Assembly (NCBI GenBank): GCA_965602015.1
Contig: OZ271918.1
Span: 736,001 to 800,000, forward strand
DNA from: Salinispira sp.
GTDB taxonomy: Bacteria; Spirochaetota; Spirochaetia; DSM-27196; Salinispiraceae
Direction of reading: 5' to 3'
Length of the DNA stretch: 64,000 nt
Part shown: positions 28,691 to 40,954 of the stretch, piece by piece
Numbering within the stretch: position 1 is the stretch's first letter
Layout of the letters: each line of letters starts with the position of its first letter
Program-made: the position numbers and the translations under genes
Notes under the pieces: model-generated
Databases searched by the model: none
Told to the model about the DNA's origin: nothing
Seen by the model: the letters and a program-made list of their open reading frames with translations, nothing else

Positions 28691-29653
28691 TTACATGCCG
28701 GTACTCATGCCGGGATTCCGGGTCCATGCTTCCAGCTCCGGCTGTGAAGCGTATACAAAGTGTCCATTTCTGACTTCCCTCCAACCGGGCTGCTCATTAT
28801 CGTAGTCATGCAGATCCGGGCGGTACACCAGCAGCTCGCGCTTCCTTTGGGCCCGGGGGTCGGGCACCGGAATTGCCGACAAGAGGGCTCGGGTGTAGGG
28901 ATGCAGGGGATTGGAAAACATTTCTTCGCTCCTTGCCAGTTCGACAATCCGGCCCTTGTAGATTACGGCGATTCGGTCCGAGATGATTTTAACCACCGAG
29001 AGGTCGTGTGCGACAAACAAGTAGGTCAGACCGTGGGTTCTCTTTAATTCATTCATCAGATTGAGGATTTGGCTTCGGATCGATACATCCAGGGCGGAAA
29101 TCGGTTCGTCGGCGATGAGCAGCTTTGGCCGCATTACCAGCGCCCGGGCTATTCCGATGCGCTGCCGTTGACCTCCGGAAAATTCATGGGGAAAGCGCGA
29201 TGCAAACTCCGCCAGGAGTCCAACCTCGGACAGGGCTTTTTCCACCTTGTTCTTCCGGTCCTGCTCGTTTTTGTAGAGTTTGAAGTTGTGAAGACCCTCA
29301 GAAACGATGTAATCCACCTTCGCCCGTTCATTAAGGCTGGCCATGGGGTCCTGGAATATCATTTGAATCTTCTGTCTGAGCTGTTTCTGCCGCTTGCCGC
29401 TAAGCCTTCCGCTGATCGATTGGCCATCGTAGAGAATATCTCCGTCGGCGGGCTGATGGATGCCCATAACGGTCCGCCCGATGGTGGTCTTGCCGCAGCC
29501 CGATTCTCCCACCAGCGAGAAGGTCTCTCCGGGGTAAATATCGAAACTGACATCCTTGACTGCCCGGAAACTGCTTCGTCCCAGCTTGAAATCCACACTC
29601 AGTTTGCGGACCGAAAGCAGGGCCTCTTTGGTTTTTTCTTGAATATCAGCCAT
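28691..29653 (-). CDS. oppF: Oligopeptide ABC transporter ATP-binding protein
   Basis: GESGCGKTT, FQDPMASLN, FSGGQRQR, ADEPISALD and HPYT motifs. Confidence 0.92.
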   Translation of the reverse strand: MADIQEKTKEALLSVRKLSVDFKLGRSSFRAVKDVSFDIYPGETFSLVGESGCGKTTIGRTVMGIHQPADGDILYDGQSISGRLSGKRQKQLRQKIQMIFQDPMASLNERAKVDYIVSEGLHNFKLYKNEQDRKNKVEKALSEVGLLAEFASRFPHEFSGGQRQRIGIARALVMRPKLLIADEPISALDVSIRSQILNLMNELKRTHGLTYLFVAHDLSVVKIISDRIAVIYKGRIVELARSEEMFSNPLHPYTRALLSAIPVPDPRAQRKRELLVYRPDLHDYDNEQPGWREVRNGHFVYASQPELEAWTRNPGMSTGM

Positions 29654-30709
29654 TACCGCCCTCCCGGTACCGTTCTCTGAGATGCCGGACACTGTCCGGC
29701 GGCGTCACCTCCGGAGCCCATTCATGGAGCAACCAGGTTTTCGCCCTGTGGGTATCGCTGAGGCTGAACCAGGGCGGACTTTTTTCGAAGTCGATTTTTA
29801 GCGCATAAGGATTGCGCGGTGCGAAGGCATCTCCCCTGATGTCCATATAGAGGTTGGGGGGCGTTCCCTTTATGCTGAACAGTTCGACGCCCGGCTGTCC
29901 GAGCTGGGGCATGCTCGACAATAGCGCCCAGGTGTAGGGGTTGCGGGCATCGTAGAATACTTCTTCGGTTGTACCGATTTCGATTATTTCCCCACCGTAC
30001 ATGACTGCGACCCGGTCGGCCATTTGCGCCACGACTCCCAGATCATGGGTGATAAAAATCATGCTCATTCCCATGTCGCGCTGCAGGCTCTGAAGAAGTT
30101 CGAGTATCTGGGCCTGGATGGTCACATCCAGCGCCGTCGTAGGCTCATCGCAGATGAGTATTTCCGGCTGGCAGGCGGCGGCGACGGCGATGACCACTCG
30201 CTGGCGCATGCCGCCGGAGAACTCGTGGGGGTATTGCCGGTAGCGCAGCTCGGCGTCGGTGATGCCCACCCTCCGAATCATTTCGACGGAGGCGGCCCTT
30301 GCCTGTTTCTTGTCCAATCCGCGATGCAGACTGATCACCTCCCGGATTTGCTCGCCGATGGTTTTGAGGGGATTGAGGGCCGTCATGGGGTCCTGGAAAA
30401 TCATGGCGATTTTTTTGCCCCGGATTCCCATCCAATCGTCCTCTTTGCCCCCGCCAGTTCGTTCCCCCTGTACCTGATCGAACCGCCGGTGACCCGTCCG
30501 TTTTTATCGAGCATTCCCACCAGGGATTTGGTCATCACTGATTTTCCCGAGCCCGACTCGCCGACGATTGCCAGGGTCTCGCCTTCCCCTAGTTCAAAAT
30601 CTACCGAGCGCACGGCCTTGAGCTGCCTGCCCCGGACATCGAAGGCCACCGAGAGATTCTCTACCTCTAATAGTGCCGGGGATTTTCCCCGGGTGCTTTC
30701 TGAAGTCAC
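29646..30709 (-). pseudogene. oppD: Oligopeptide ABC transporter ATP-binding protein, split by a frameshift near 30448-30452
   Basis: Walker A (GESGSGKS) is in ORF 30401-30709; Q-loop, signature and Walker B ([20 protein letters not shown]) are in ORF 29646-30431. One extra G in the G5 run would fuse them. Confidence 0.85.
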
Positions 30710-30718
30710 CGCTGTCTC

Positions 30719-31645
30719 CTACTGGTGGTTTTTCGGATCCGACGCATCGGCAAATTTACTCCCGGTGATGTAAAACGAGATGGTAATAAATGCCAGGACC
30801 ACAGTCGGCCAGGTGAGCTGATAGGGATAGAGCATAAAATTGCTCCTGCCCTGGTTTACCATGTTTCCCAGGCTCACAGTGTCGAGGGGAAGCCCCAGAC
30901 CGATAAATCCGAGAAACACCTCCGAGCCGATTGAGTAGGGAATGGTCAAGGCGGTCTGCATGATGATGATACTCACCAGAAATGGAATGATATTTTTCCG
31001 CAGTATCCGCCACAGCGGAGTGCCCAGGGTCTGGCTGGCAATGTTGTACTCGGCCTCCCGCAGGGATATGACCTTGTTCCTGATGAACCGGGCAATGGTT
31101 ATCCAGCCCCGGCTCGACAGGGCAATGACGATTGTCCAAAAGCTCGGCTGCATAATATATGAGAGCAGGATGAGATAGACTGTCGACGGAATGTTGGTTA
31201 TTACGTTGTACAGCTCGGTCATAAACCTGTCTATCTTTCTGACGTACCCCCACAGGGCGCCGGCGATGACCCCGATTCCCACATCCAGCAGGGCGATGGT
31301 GAAGGCGAGCAGCAGACTAGTGCGTGTTCCGTACCAGGTTCGGGCCCACATGCTCCGGCCCAGTGCGTCGGTGCCGAACAGCTGTCCGTTGCCCGGCCGT
31401 TGATTCCACATTGAACTGTCCAGGGAAACCTGGTTGGGGTCTCCCCCGGAAAAAACCGGGTACAGAAAACTCATGAGGGTGAACAGCACCATCAACACCA
31501 ACAGGACCATCGAGACCCGGTTTTTCATAAAGGTCCTGACGGTAGACCGCCAGTAGCTGTAGTTCGAGTATCCGATCAGTTCCGCCCGGTGGTCGCTGGG
31601 AGGCGCGAAGGCGAACAGGTCGCGTTTGAGCGAAATATCAGGCAT
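30719..31645 (-). CDS. oppC: Oligopeptide ABC transporter permease
   Basis: FGTDALGR, EYNIASQTLG (EAA-like loop) and transmembrane segments. Confidence 0.92.
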   Translation of the reverse strand: MPDISLKRDLFAFAPPSDHRAELIGYSNYSYWRSTVRTFMKNRVSMVLLVLMVLFTLMSFLYPVFSGGDPNQVSLDSSMWNQRPGNGQLFGTDALGRSMWARTWYGTRTSLLLAFTIALLDVGIGVIAGALWGYVRKIDRFMTELYNVITNIPSTVYLILLSYIMQPSFWTIVIALSSRGWITIARFIRNKVISLREAEYNIASQTLGTPLWRILRKNIIPFLVSIIIMQTALTIPYSIGSEVFLGFIGLGLPLDTVSLGNMVNQGRSNFMLYPYQLTWPTVVLAFITISFYITGSKFADASDPKNHQ

Positions 31646-32600
31646 GATCCCCTCCTTTTTTCCTGCGCTTCTGGGAAAGGCGTATGCGGGGATCCACCAG
31701 AACCATCAGCATATCGCCGATGAACACCCCGAAAACTCCCAGTACCGAGTAGATCATGACCAGTATCTGCACAAGATTGTTGTCCTGCTGACGGATGGCG
31801 TATACCAGGAGTCCTCCCATCCCGGGAATTGAGTAAATGCTTTCTATAATAAGCGATCCCGCAATAGTCAGCAGAAGCTGTACCGGCAGATACTGCACCA
31901 GGGGCACTACCGCATTCCTCATGATGTGATGCCTCATGATGTATTTGCGGCTCAGGCCTTTTGAACGGGCGAAGGCGACATATTCGCGGTTTTCCTCATC
32001 GACCATGAAGCGGCGCAGCCATATGGCATACCAGGCGATGCCCGTCAGCGAGAGAGACACAGTGGGCAAAATCCAGGTTACAGGCCTGCTGTCGTAAAAA
32101 ACCATGGGCCAGCCGAATAATCCGGTTACCCAAATTTGGATGAGAAAAAGATAGATAAGGCTCGGAATGGCGCGTACGCTGACCACATAGGCGGTGCCCA
32201 GGTGATCCGGCCATCGCTCCTTGAACCGGGCCATCAATATCCCCAGGCCGAAGCCGAAGGTCAGGGAGATGGTCATGCTCGCCAGGCCGAAATACAGCGA
32301 ATAGGGGATTTTATCCGCCAGGACAGTTGTTATGGGCAGTCGGGGATAGACTGTGATGGATCGTCCTAAATCTCCCCGGAAGATATCCGCGTAAAAGTTT
32401 TTTAACTGGACCAGGGGCGGATCCAGGAGTCCCAGACCCCGAAGATATGCCTTGCGTCCTTCCTCGGACATGTTTATATAGTCATCCCTGGTAAAGTAAC
32501 CGCTGGTGGGCATGAGCCTCAGCAGTAAAAATACCGCCGATACGACGATTATCACCGTGAATACCGACTGGATGGACCGCTTGCCAATGTAGCGCCACAT
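31638..32600 (-). CDS. oppB: Oligopeptide ABC transporter permease
   Basis: GDLGRS, EYVAFARSKGL, RNAVVP and PGMG motifs. Confidence 0.92.
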   Translation of the reverse strand: MWRYIGKRSIQSVFTVIIVVSAVFLLLRLMPTSGYFTRDDYINMSEEGRKAYLRGLGLLDPPLVQLKNFYADIFRGDLGRSITVYPRLPITTVLADKIPYSLYFGLASMTISLTFGFGLGILMARFKERWPDHLGTAYVVSVRAIPSLIYLFLIQIWVTGLFGWPMVFYDSRPVTWILPTVSLSLTGIAWYAIWLRRFMVDEENREYVAFARSKGLSRKYIMRHHIMRNAVVPLVQYLPVQLLLTIAGSLIIESIYSIPGMGGLLVYAIRQQDNNLVQILVMIYSVLGVFGVFIGDMLMVLVDPRIRLSQKRRKKGGDHA

Positions 32601-32689
32601 AATTTAGCTCTCTATATAATACAAAATGCTCTGAGCGGGCCCCCGGCGCGTGCGGAACGTATATCCGCCTACCCGGGGGCGATTCGAAG

Positions 32690-32717
32690 CGGATGCCCGC
32701 CAGTGGACGGGCATCCG
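32690..32717. other. Intercistronic stem-loop between oppA and oppB (mRNA stabiliser or attenuator)
   Basis: Perfect 10-bp inverted repeat CGGATGCCCG / CGGGCATCCG with an 8-nt loop. Confidence 0.6.
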
Positions 32718-32728
32718 TATACCATTAA

Positions 32729-34612
32729 TCAGTTGCCGATTGCGCGCAATTCTGCGCGGAACCGGGCTTCCAGCTCTTCATATTGCTGAAGGGTGACCGG
32801 TTCGCCCTGGAGCTCCATGCCCTTGTAGCGGTAGCGGGTGAGCCCGAATCCCCCCCGTGGGTAGCTGAAGGGAACCACCTGGCTCATGCTGTATGCGCCG
32901 CCGCCGGATTGCCAGGGAATGACGTACGCGTTGTCAATGAAATAGGTTTCGGCCTGGCTGAACAGTTCGTAGCGCCGGGAGAGGGTGCTCTGTGCATCGG
33001 CGGCCAGTACCTGGGCGTCAAAGGCTTCGTCCGTGAGCTCGCTGTCGTTGACGCTGCCGTCGCTGACAAGCCGCCCCAGCTGCGCCATGGGATCGGCGAA
33101 TCCCAGACGGAAACTGTCGTAGAGAAAATCAAAGCGCCGCGGCTTGATGGTGTCGTTGAACTTGTCGTCGACGAACTGGCCGAGAACCAGCTCCACCTGG
33201 CCGTCGAAGGCCTCTCTGAGCATTTCCTGCAGCAGCAGGGCAAGCCGGGTTTCCGTCGAGTCGGTTGAATGTACGTAGACGATCTGCACGGGAAGCCGGG
33301 CATCCAGGTCCAGATCGGCTATGGGGAGCCAGTCGACCCGGCCGGCTTCGGCTCCGCGGATTCGGCCGTTTTCGTCCACCAGCTCGGCGACTGCGGCCTC
33401 GAAGTACTCCCGAGCCAGGTCCCGGTCATAGGTTTCCCGGGCCTTGATTTCCGCCAGGCCGGGGTAATCGGTGTAGTCCGTTCCGTTCTCGTCGTAAATG
33501 ACTTCCTCGGGTATAACCGTATTGCGCAATAGCCGTTCGGGTTCAAAGGGATTGTAGAGTTCCAGCAGCTTCGCCCGGTCGAATCCGTGATAGAGGGCCT
33601 TTCTAAAATTCAGATTGTTCATAAACGCCCGGCTCTCGCTGTTTTCAGAGGTGAAGTTCATGGCGAACCAGAAGGTAACCGCGCTGCGCTCGGACAGGAA
33701 GATATAGTCTTCCCAGCGGCTGCCCTGCAATGCCTGGACTTGATCGCCCTGAAGGTTGGTGGTGGATATTTCACCCCGTTGGAACATCTGTACCCGGATA
33801 GCGTCGTCGGCGACTTTTTGCATATTAATGCTGTCGATGCTGATAGCCTCGGCATCCCAATAATGGGGGTTGGCGCTCAGGGTAATTGATTTGTCCCGCT
33901 GCCAGTCAGACAGGTAGTACGCCCCGGTGAACAGGAGGCGGTCAGCTGTGGTGCCGAAGTCTTCAGCTCCGACGCTGTCGAGGAAATCCCGCTCCAGGGG
34001 ATAAAACAGCTCGGTAACCAGATACGAAAGAAAGTACGGGGTGGGCGCGGTAAGGGTGTACTGAATGGTATATTCGTCCAAGGCCCTTACTCCTACCTCT
34101 TCATCGAAGCGGGCAAGCACCTCTTCCCGGGTGACGCCCAGGTCTACGCCGTCGTCAATATCAACCAGATCCCAATAATAGGCGTTCAGGCCTTCGATAA
34201 GCCTGCGGATGGTTCCCACGTTTCGGATATCGTTTTGGGGTTCGGCGATGAAACGCATGCCCTCGACGAAGTCGTCGGCGGTAACTTCATAATCAGTCTC
34301 GGCTCCGGTGGAGTCGACCCACATGACACCGGGACGCAGGGTGAAGGTCCAGACGCTGTAATCGTCGTTGTGCTCCCAGCTTTCGGCCAGTGAGGGCACA
34401 AAACGGGCAAAACGGTCGTTCTCCACCAGCCCGTCCATGGTGTTGGCCGCCACCCGCAATGCGGTGGTGTCCAAGAGGAGAAAATAATTCAGGGTTTTTA
34501 CTTCCGTGGCGTAGGTGGTGTTAAAGCTGGCGGGCGCCTCAGCGCCTCCGCCGGCAAAAACCATTCCGGCCCACAGAAATGCTATGATGGCAATAAGCAG
34601 TTTTCGTTTCAT
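32729..34612 (-). CDS. oppA: Peptide ABC transporter substrate-binding protein (family 5)
   Basis: Signal peptide ending FAGGGAE; PSLAESWE, VTADDFV and GAYYL...W motifs; RBS GGAGG before ATG 34612. Confidence 0.9.
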   Translation of the reverse strand: MKRKLLIAIIAFLWAGMVFAGGGAEAPASFNTTYATEVKTLNYFLLLDTTALRVAANTMDGLVENDRFARFVPSLAESWEHNDDYSVWTFTLRPGVMWVDSTGAETDYEVTADDFVEGMRFIAEPQNDIRNVGTIRRLIEGLNAYYWDLVDIDDGVDLGVTREEVLARFDEEVGVRALDEYTIQYTLTAPTPYFLSYLVTELFYPLERDFLDSVGAEDFGTTADRLLFTGAYYLSDWQRDKSITLSANPHYWDAEAISIDSINMQKVADDAIRVQMFQRGEISTTNLQGDQVQALQGSRWEDYIFLSERSAVTFWFAMNFTSENSESRAFMNNLNFRKALYHGFDRAKLLELYNPFEPERLLRNTVIPEEVIYDENGTDYTDYPGLAEIKARETYDRDLAREYFEAAVAELVDENGRIRGAEAGRVDWLPIADLDLDARLPVQIVYVHSTDSTETRLALLLQEMLREAFDGQVELVLGQFVDDKFNDTIKPRRFDFLYDSFRLGFADPMAQLGRLVSDGSVNDSELTDEAFDAQVLAADAQSTLSRRYELFSQAETYFIDNAYVIPWQSGGGAYSMSQVVPFSYPRGGFGLTRYRYKGMELQGEPVTLQQYEELEARFRAELRAIGN

Positions 34613-34742
34613 TGCCGCCTCCTTAGTGCAGTGATGCTCCACTGTGGACCTGATTATTACGGGCAGCAAGATGGGAAATATACGTAGGGGTATTACGTAA
34701 TCTGTGAAGGGGCGAAAAAACCGGCTTGAGGGGAGGTGGCTC

Positions 34743-37700
34743 CTATTCTTCGTGGAAGAAATTTATCAGTTCGACCCGGTTTTGCACCCCGGCCTTGCGG
34801 TACAGGTTGTACACATGCTTTTCCACGGTCCGCACGGAGATATCCAGATCCGAGGCGATTTCCTTGCTGAGCTTTCCCTCCAGGATGCCAAGCAGAATTT
34901 CCCGCTCCCGGGTTGAAAGATCGATTCGGCTCATCTGCTGTTCCCGCTTGCGCTTCTGTTCCTGCTGGATGCCCTTGGAAGTTCGTAAGGGTTTGAGGCT
35001 TTCGGCAATCCGCTGCTGGACGCTTTCCATGAGCATGCGCCGGCGCCGCTCCTGGCCGCTGATTCTGGCATCGATGCGCCCCGCCAGATCTTCCAGGGCG
35101 AAGGGTTTGGGAATAAAATCCACCGCGCCCTCGTAGAAGCTGCGCAGATACTCCTCCTTGTCGGACCGTGCCGAGAGGAAGATAAACGGCACCGCCCGCC
35201 ATCCGGTATCCTGAAGCCGGGTAAGGAGCTCATGCCCGCTGATTCCGTCCATCATGATATCCGAGACGATGATATCCGGGGCGGTTCTCTCGTCAAGGCC
35301 GTCAAGCAGCTCTTCCGCCGACGTGGCGAAACTGAGGTCGTATCGTCCAGCAAAACTTTCTGCCATAAGCTGAAGCATGTCCCGGTCGTCGTCGATGAAC
35401 AGGATGTGCTTGAACTCCCCGCCCCTCAGGACGTCATTGGGCTTTTGCGGAGGCGGTTGCCGGAAGTTGTAGTAGCTTTCGCTTTCCGCGCCGGAGCCGG
35501 GACGATCGACGGCGCCGGATGCCGGGGTTCCGCTTTGCTTGATGTCCCTTGAGGTACGGCTGCTTTCGGCGCTTCCGGTATGCCGATCTGCCGCCGGAAA
35601 ATCGACGGCAAAGCGGGAGCCTTCGCCGGGCGTCGATTCGATTACCAGTTTGCCCCCGAGACCCTCGGCTATTTTCCTGACGATAAACAGCCCCATGCCG
35701 ATACCCTGAATCTGCCGTTTGTTGTGGCTCAGCTGGAAAAACGGATCGCTCAGGGACTCAAGCTTGTCCTTCTGTATTCCCGGTCCGCTGTCCTGTACGG
35801 AGAAGTGGATGCGCTGGGATATTCTCTTTGCGAGTATGCGGACGCTTCCCCCGGGGCGGTTGTACTTGATGGCATTATCGATGAGATTGTTCACCACCCT
35901 ATCCACCGCCAGAGGATCGGCGCAGACGATCAGGTCGTTTTCCAGTTCCATGCCAAGGGTGAGCTGATGCTTTTGGGCCACCTCGCTGAGCATGGTGAGT
36001 TTGGGACCCAGGAGGGCGTGTATATCGGTGAGCCGGCTGTGATCGTACAAGTCCGATGAACGCTGGATTTTTTCCGCATCCAGGTAATTCACCATGTCCC
36101 GCACCAGCTTATCCACATTGTCTTTTACCAGCAGAAGCTCCTGCTCTCCGGGGTGGCGGGCCAAATACCGGTCCAGATAATTCTGGATAAATGTCAGCGG
36201 AGTCTTGGTTTCATGGGCGAGGTTGATAAAGAACGTCGACTTTCGCCGGATCGCCTGCTCCAGTGCCTCCTTGGCTTCGGTGAGTTCAGCGGTGCGCCGG
36301 GCGACCACCTGCTCCTGCTCGCGGATTATTCTCAGGTGCCGACGGGAGCGCAGGCGTATATAAAGGGCCACCAGCAGCGCGAGCGCGGTGGCATACATTA
36401 GAAGCAGGGGCCATTGCAGAACCAGTGGAGGCGAAACCCGGATGTCCAGGCTCCGTTCGGGAGTCAGCGGAATGCCGCCGTTGCCGCTTGCCCGCACATG
36501 CATGCGGTATCTTCCCGGCTGAATATGGGAAAGCAGAATTTCCCCGTTGCTTCCGATCTCTATCCACTCGCTCTGGTCGGAAAAGCGGTACGCGTATTCA
36601 GTTTCTCCGGGATGACGGTAATCAAATGCCGTGAGGCGGATGTGCAAAAGGCGGTTGGCCGAGTCCAGTTCCAGGATCTCCCCCGGGCGGTACAGCTGAA
36701 CCCTGCGCTGCAGATCTTCGTATACCTCAATGCCCAGGGGAAAGGCCGAAGGGGCGGGCAGGGCTGACGGTTCATCGGCCTTGATGAGCATGGCCAGACC
36801 TTCGGTGGAACCAAAGACCGGCCGGCCGTCATAACCATAGGCCACCGAGCCCGGGTTAAAAATCATTCCCGGTAGCCCGTCCTCACGTCGGAACACCTCG
36901 ATGGAAAACCCGCCCTGTTGCGATGATTGGCGAAGGCGCGCGATGCCGCGGATGCTGCTAATCCAGACCGAACCGTCGGGATCAGCGGCCAAGGCGCGGA
37001 TAACCGAGCTGGGAAGCCCGTCGGCCTCGCCTATTCTCCTCAGTCCATCATCATATGCCATGAACAATCCGTCCCGTTCGCTGCTCAGCCACCAGTTGCC
37101 CATGGCATCCCGGGTGGCGGTGTTAACCGAGCGCAGCTCATCGGGCCAGGGCGAAGCTATAAGGCTCAAGGTCAGCCGGTCCAGAAGCTGGGGATTTTTA
37201 TCGGCAATTCCCAGAAGCAGGTGGCGTTCATCGTATTCCGTAATGCTCAGCAGCGTATCCCCGGCGAGTCTGGTCAGGCTGGGATCGCTCGAGCGAAGCC
37301 ATCGGGGTTCATCTTCTCCGGAAGGAAGATAGCCGAGCCCCGAACCCTCTGTGGCTATCCACAGGGTGTCGTCGGAATCGCGATACAGCTGGTTGACCTG
37401 CGCCTCGGCCAGGCGAACGGAACGCCGGTTACCCGGCTCGCCGGATATTTCCAGCAATTCGCTCTGGGTTCCGGCGTACAGCAGCGTCCGGGATACCCTG
37501 TCCAGGGCGTAGACAATTCCCGAGGCCAGAATGGTTTCCTGCCCAGGAGGATTTCCCGGTGTAACGAGAAAAAGGCCGGAGAAACTGCCCAGATAATAGC
37601 CCTCTTCAGCAACGGCGATGCTCCGCAGGTCATTTCGGCGGGGAATATCCGCGGGATCGCCCTGCACGCCTATGCTGGTAAAGCGGGGGTCGATGTAGCG

Positions 37701-38818
37701 GTTCAGCCCGTCTCGGGTTCCGATCCAGAGTATTCCCCCGGCATCTTCTATAATCCGGTGCACCCGGGAGTGGCTGAGGCTGTTTTGATCATCGCTGAGA
37801 TGATACAGCCGGCTAAAGGTTCCCTCGTTCCTGTCCATGTGATTGAGTCCGTCGGTAGTTCCCACCCAAAAATCGCCCCTGATGTCTTCAAGAATGGCCC
37901 GTACCGAATTATTGCTGATGCTCTGCGGATCAGCCGGATCATGCAGAAATGCGGAAAAGCTGCCGGTTTGCCGGTCGAAGCGGTTTAATCCTCCTCCCGC
38001 GGTGCCCACCCACAGGGTTTGCGAGCTATCAATATAAAGGGAAAAAACATAGTCGCTGCTCAGGGAACCCGGCCTACCGTCGGCCCGGTAGTGAATAAAT
38101 TCCCCGCTTTCCACCAGCAGACGATTAAGACCTCCGCCGTCGGTACCGATCCACACATCGCCGTTGAAATCCTCGATGATTGGCCAGATGTTATTGTACG
38201 AGACGCTGGTTTCCCGGCTCTGATCGCCTCGGGTATAGGCTTGCACAGTTCCCGTTGCCGGATCGATGCGGTTGAGTCCTCCGTAACTGGTGCCCGCCTA
38301 AATAAACCCTCGGCTGTCTGCCAAAAGTCCCCAGACTGAATCGTCGCTGATGCGAAGAGACGGCTGGGAAGCCTGGCTGTGGTAACGGGTAAAGCTCCCC
38401 CGCTCCGGGTCCAGTCGTCCGATTCCGCCGCCGTCAGTGCCGACCCAGATATCCCCCGCGGCATCCTGAATGAGGCTGGTGACAAAATCGTCGGGAAGGC
38501 TGGATTCATCGCCCTCACGATGCCTGAACTCGATAAATTCTCTTCCGTCGAAGCGGTTCAGGCCGTTTGAGGTGCCCACCCAGATGTAGCCCCGGGAATC
38601 CTGCAGGAGGGCATAGATTCTCGAGTGGGACAGACCGTCGCTGATTCCGTAATGAGTAAAGGACTGGGTGGTCTGGCCGCTGACGCTCGTCGGCAATATC
38701 AGGTAAAAAACACATAAAAAGAGGAGGATCATCAGGATCGTTGGCGACCCTGGCCGGCGGGGAACTGCAGACCTCCGGCGGGGAACTGCAGACCTCCGGC
38801 GAGGTTGGAGAAATCTCA

Positions 38819-38819
<1 letters not shown>
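34743..38819 (-). pseudogene. Hybrid two-component sensor (beta-propeller, Y_Y_Y, TM, HisKA, HATPase, REC, LuxR HTH), interrupted by an in-frame TAG at 38298-38300
   Basis: Repeated DxxGxxWxGTxxGGLNR units; AHETKTPL, NLIDNAIKY, GIGMGL; REC (DDD, DIMM, KPF); LSTRERE...ISVRTVEKH. ORFs 38298-38819 and 34743-38246 are in the same frame across the TAG. Confidence 0.88.
38754..38801. repeat. 21-bp tandem repeat, about 2.3 copies, in frame
   Basis: CCGGCGGGGAACTGCAGACCT x2 plus CCGGCG; encodes RRRSAVP x2 on the minus strand. Confidence 0.9.
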
Positions 38820-39967
<1,148 letters not shown>

Positions 39968-40032
39968 AGCTATCCCCCGATGAATAGTAGGTAATATGGT
40001 AAAAAGCCGCAAGCGCGGACCATTGCGACATA

Positions 40033-40056
40033 ATGTTACTACTATAAAAGTAACAT
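40033..40056. promoter_or_regulatory. Putative TrmB operator 1 (cphB/trmB intergenic)
   Basis: ATGTTACT-N8-AGTAACAT perfect 8-bp inverted repeat; core TTACTACTATAAAAGTAA at 40036-40053; extra half-site TTACTACT at 40092-40099. Confidence 0.7.
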
Positions 40057-40121
40057 ATTCCGACTTGCTTCGCCATCGGGAAACTGTAGTGTTACTACTG
40101 CAGTTATGATATAGTTAATCT

Positions 40122-40931
40122 ATGTCAAACTCCCTTGATTCCGCCATCGCCGACCTCATGGAGGCGGGTTTTATCGAATACGAGGCCAAGGTGTATCTCT
40201 CACTTCTGCAGAACCATCCGGCCAGCGCCTATACCATCAGCCAGAATTCTGGCGTCCCTCATTCGCGGGTATACGATATCTGCCGCCGTTTGAAGAAAAA
40301 GGGCTATGCGGTTTCATCGAGCAGCAAACCGGAAACCTTCTCACCCCTGTCCCCCGACGAGCTGGTGGACAAGCTCACCAGGGACAGCCAAAAACTGACC
40401 AAAAAACTCGGCAGCAGCCTGAAGTCGATTTCCTTCTCAAGTGATTTTGATCCCGTGTGGAATTTGCAGGACCGGGAAGAAGCCCTGGGCAAAACTGTTG
40501 AGATAATCAGCGGCGCACGGCGCATCCTGTATATCGGATTCTGGAGCGAAGAGTTCGACCTTTTGGAAGAACCCCTCCGCCACGCTCATGAACGGGGAGT
40601 TCAGGTATATATGCTGGTGTACGGACAGCTCACTCTGGATTTCGGGGAGTATTATTTCCACGACAGGGATCACCTGGACGAGATACAGGAGCAGGGCCGA
40701 AGCATCGATTTGGCGGCGGACAGTGAAATCTGCCTTTCGGGAATTCTGGGCGGCCCCGGCAAAACCGAAATGGTGTGGACAAAAAACAGCGGTCTGGTGC
40801 ACTCAATCGAAGGATATATCATCCACGATTTTTACCTGGCCGAGCTTGAAAAAGTCTTCGGCGAGGAGATGAACAGCAAATTCGGCAAAAACCTCATCGT
40901 CCTTCGCGACAAGTTTAATAAAAGCCATTGA
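40122..40931 (+). CDS. TrmB family transcriptional regulator
   Basis: GF..YEAKVYLSLL, ISQNSGVPHSRVYD...LKKKG winged HTH plus a C-terminal effector domain. Confidence 0.92.
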   Translation: MSNSLDSAIADLMEAGFIEYEAKVYLSLLQNHPASAYTISQNSGVPHSRVYDICRRLKKKGYAVSSSSKPETFSPLSPDELVDKLTRDSQKLTKKLGSSLKSISFSSDFDPVWNLQDREEALGKTVEIISGARRILYIGFWSEEFDLLEEPLRHAHERGVQVYMLVYGQLTLDFGEYYFHDRDHLDEIQEQGRSIDLAADSEICLSGILGGPGKTEMVWTKNSGLVHSIEGYIIHDFYLAELEKVFGEEMNSKFGKNLIVLRDKFNKSH

Positions 40932-40954
40932 TTAGCCGGCAGGAGAGAGTATAG

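Noticed and set aside
38298..38300. Pyrrolysine or other programmed read-through of the TAG
   Set aside because: The position is a structural Trp of a propeller repeat, one transition from TGG, and no pyl genes are present in the window.
38754..38801. Possible mini-CRISPR
   Set aside because: The repeats are contiguous with no spacers, are in frame within a CDS, and no cas genes are present.
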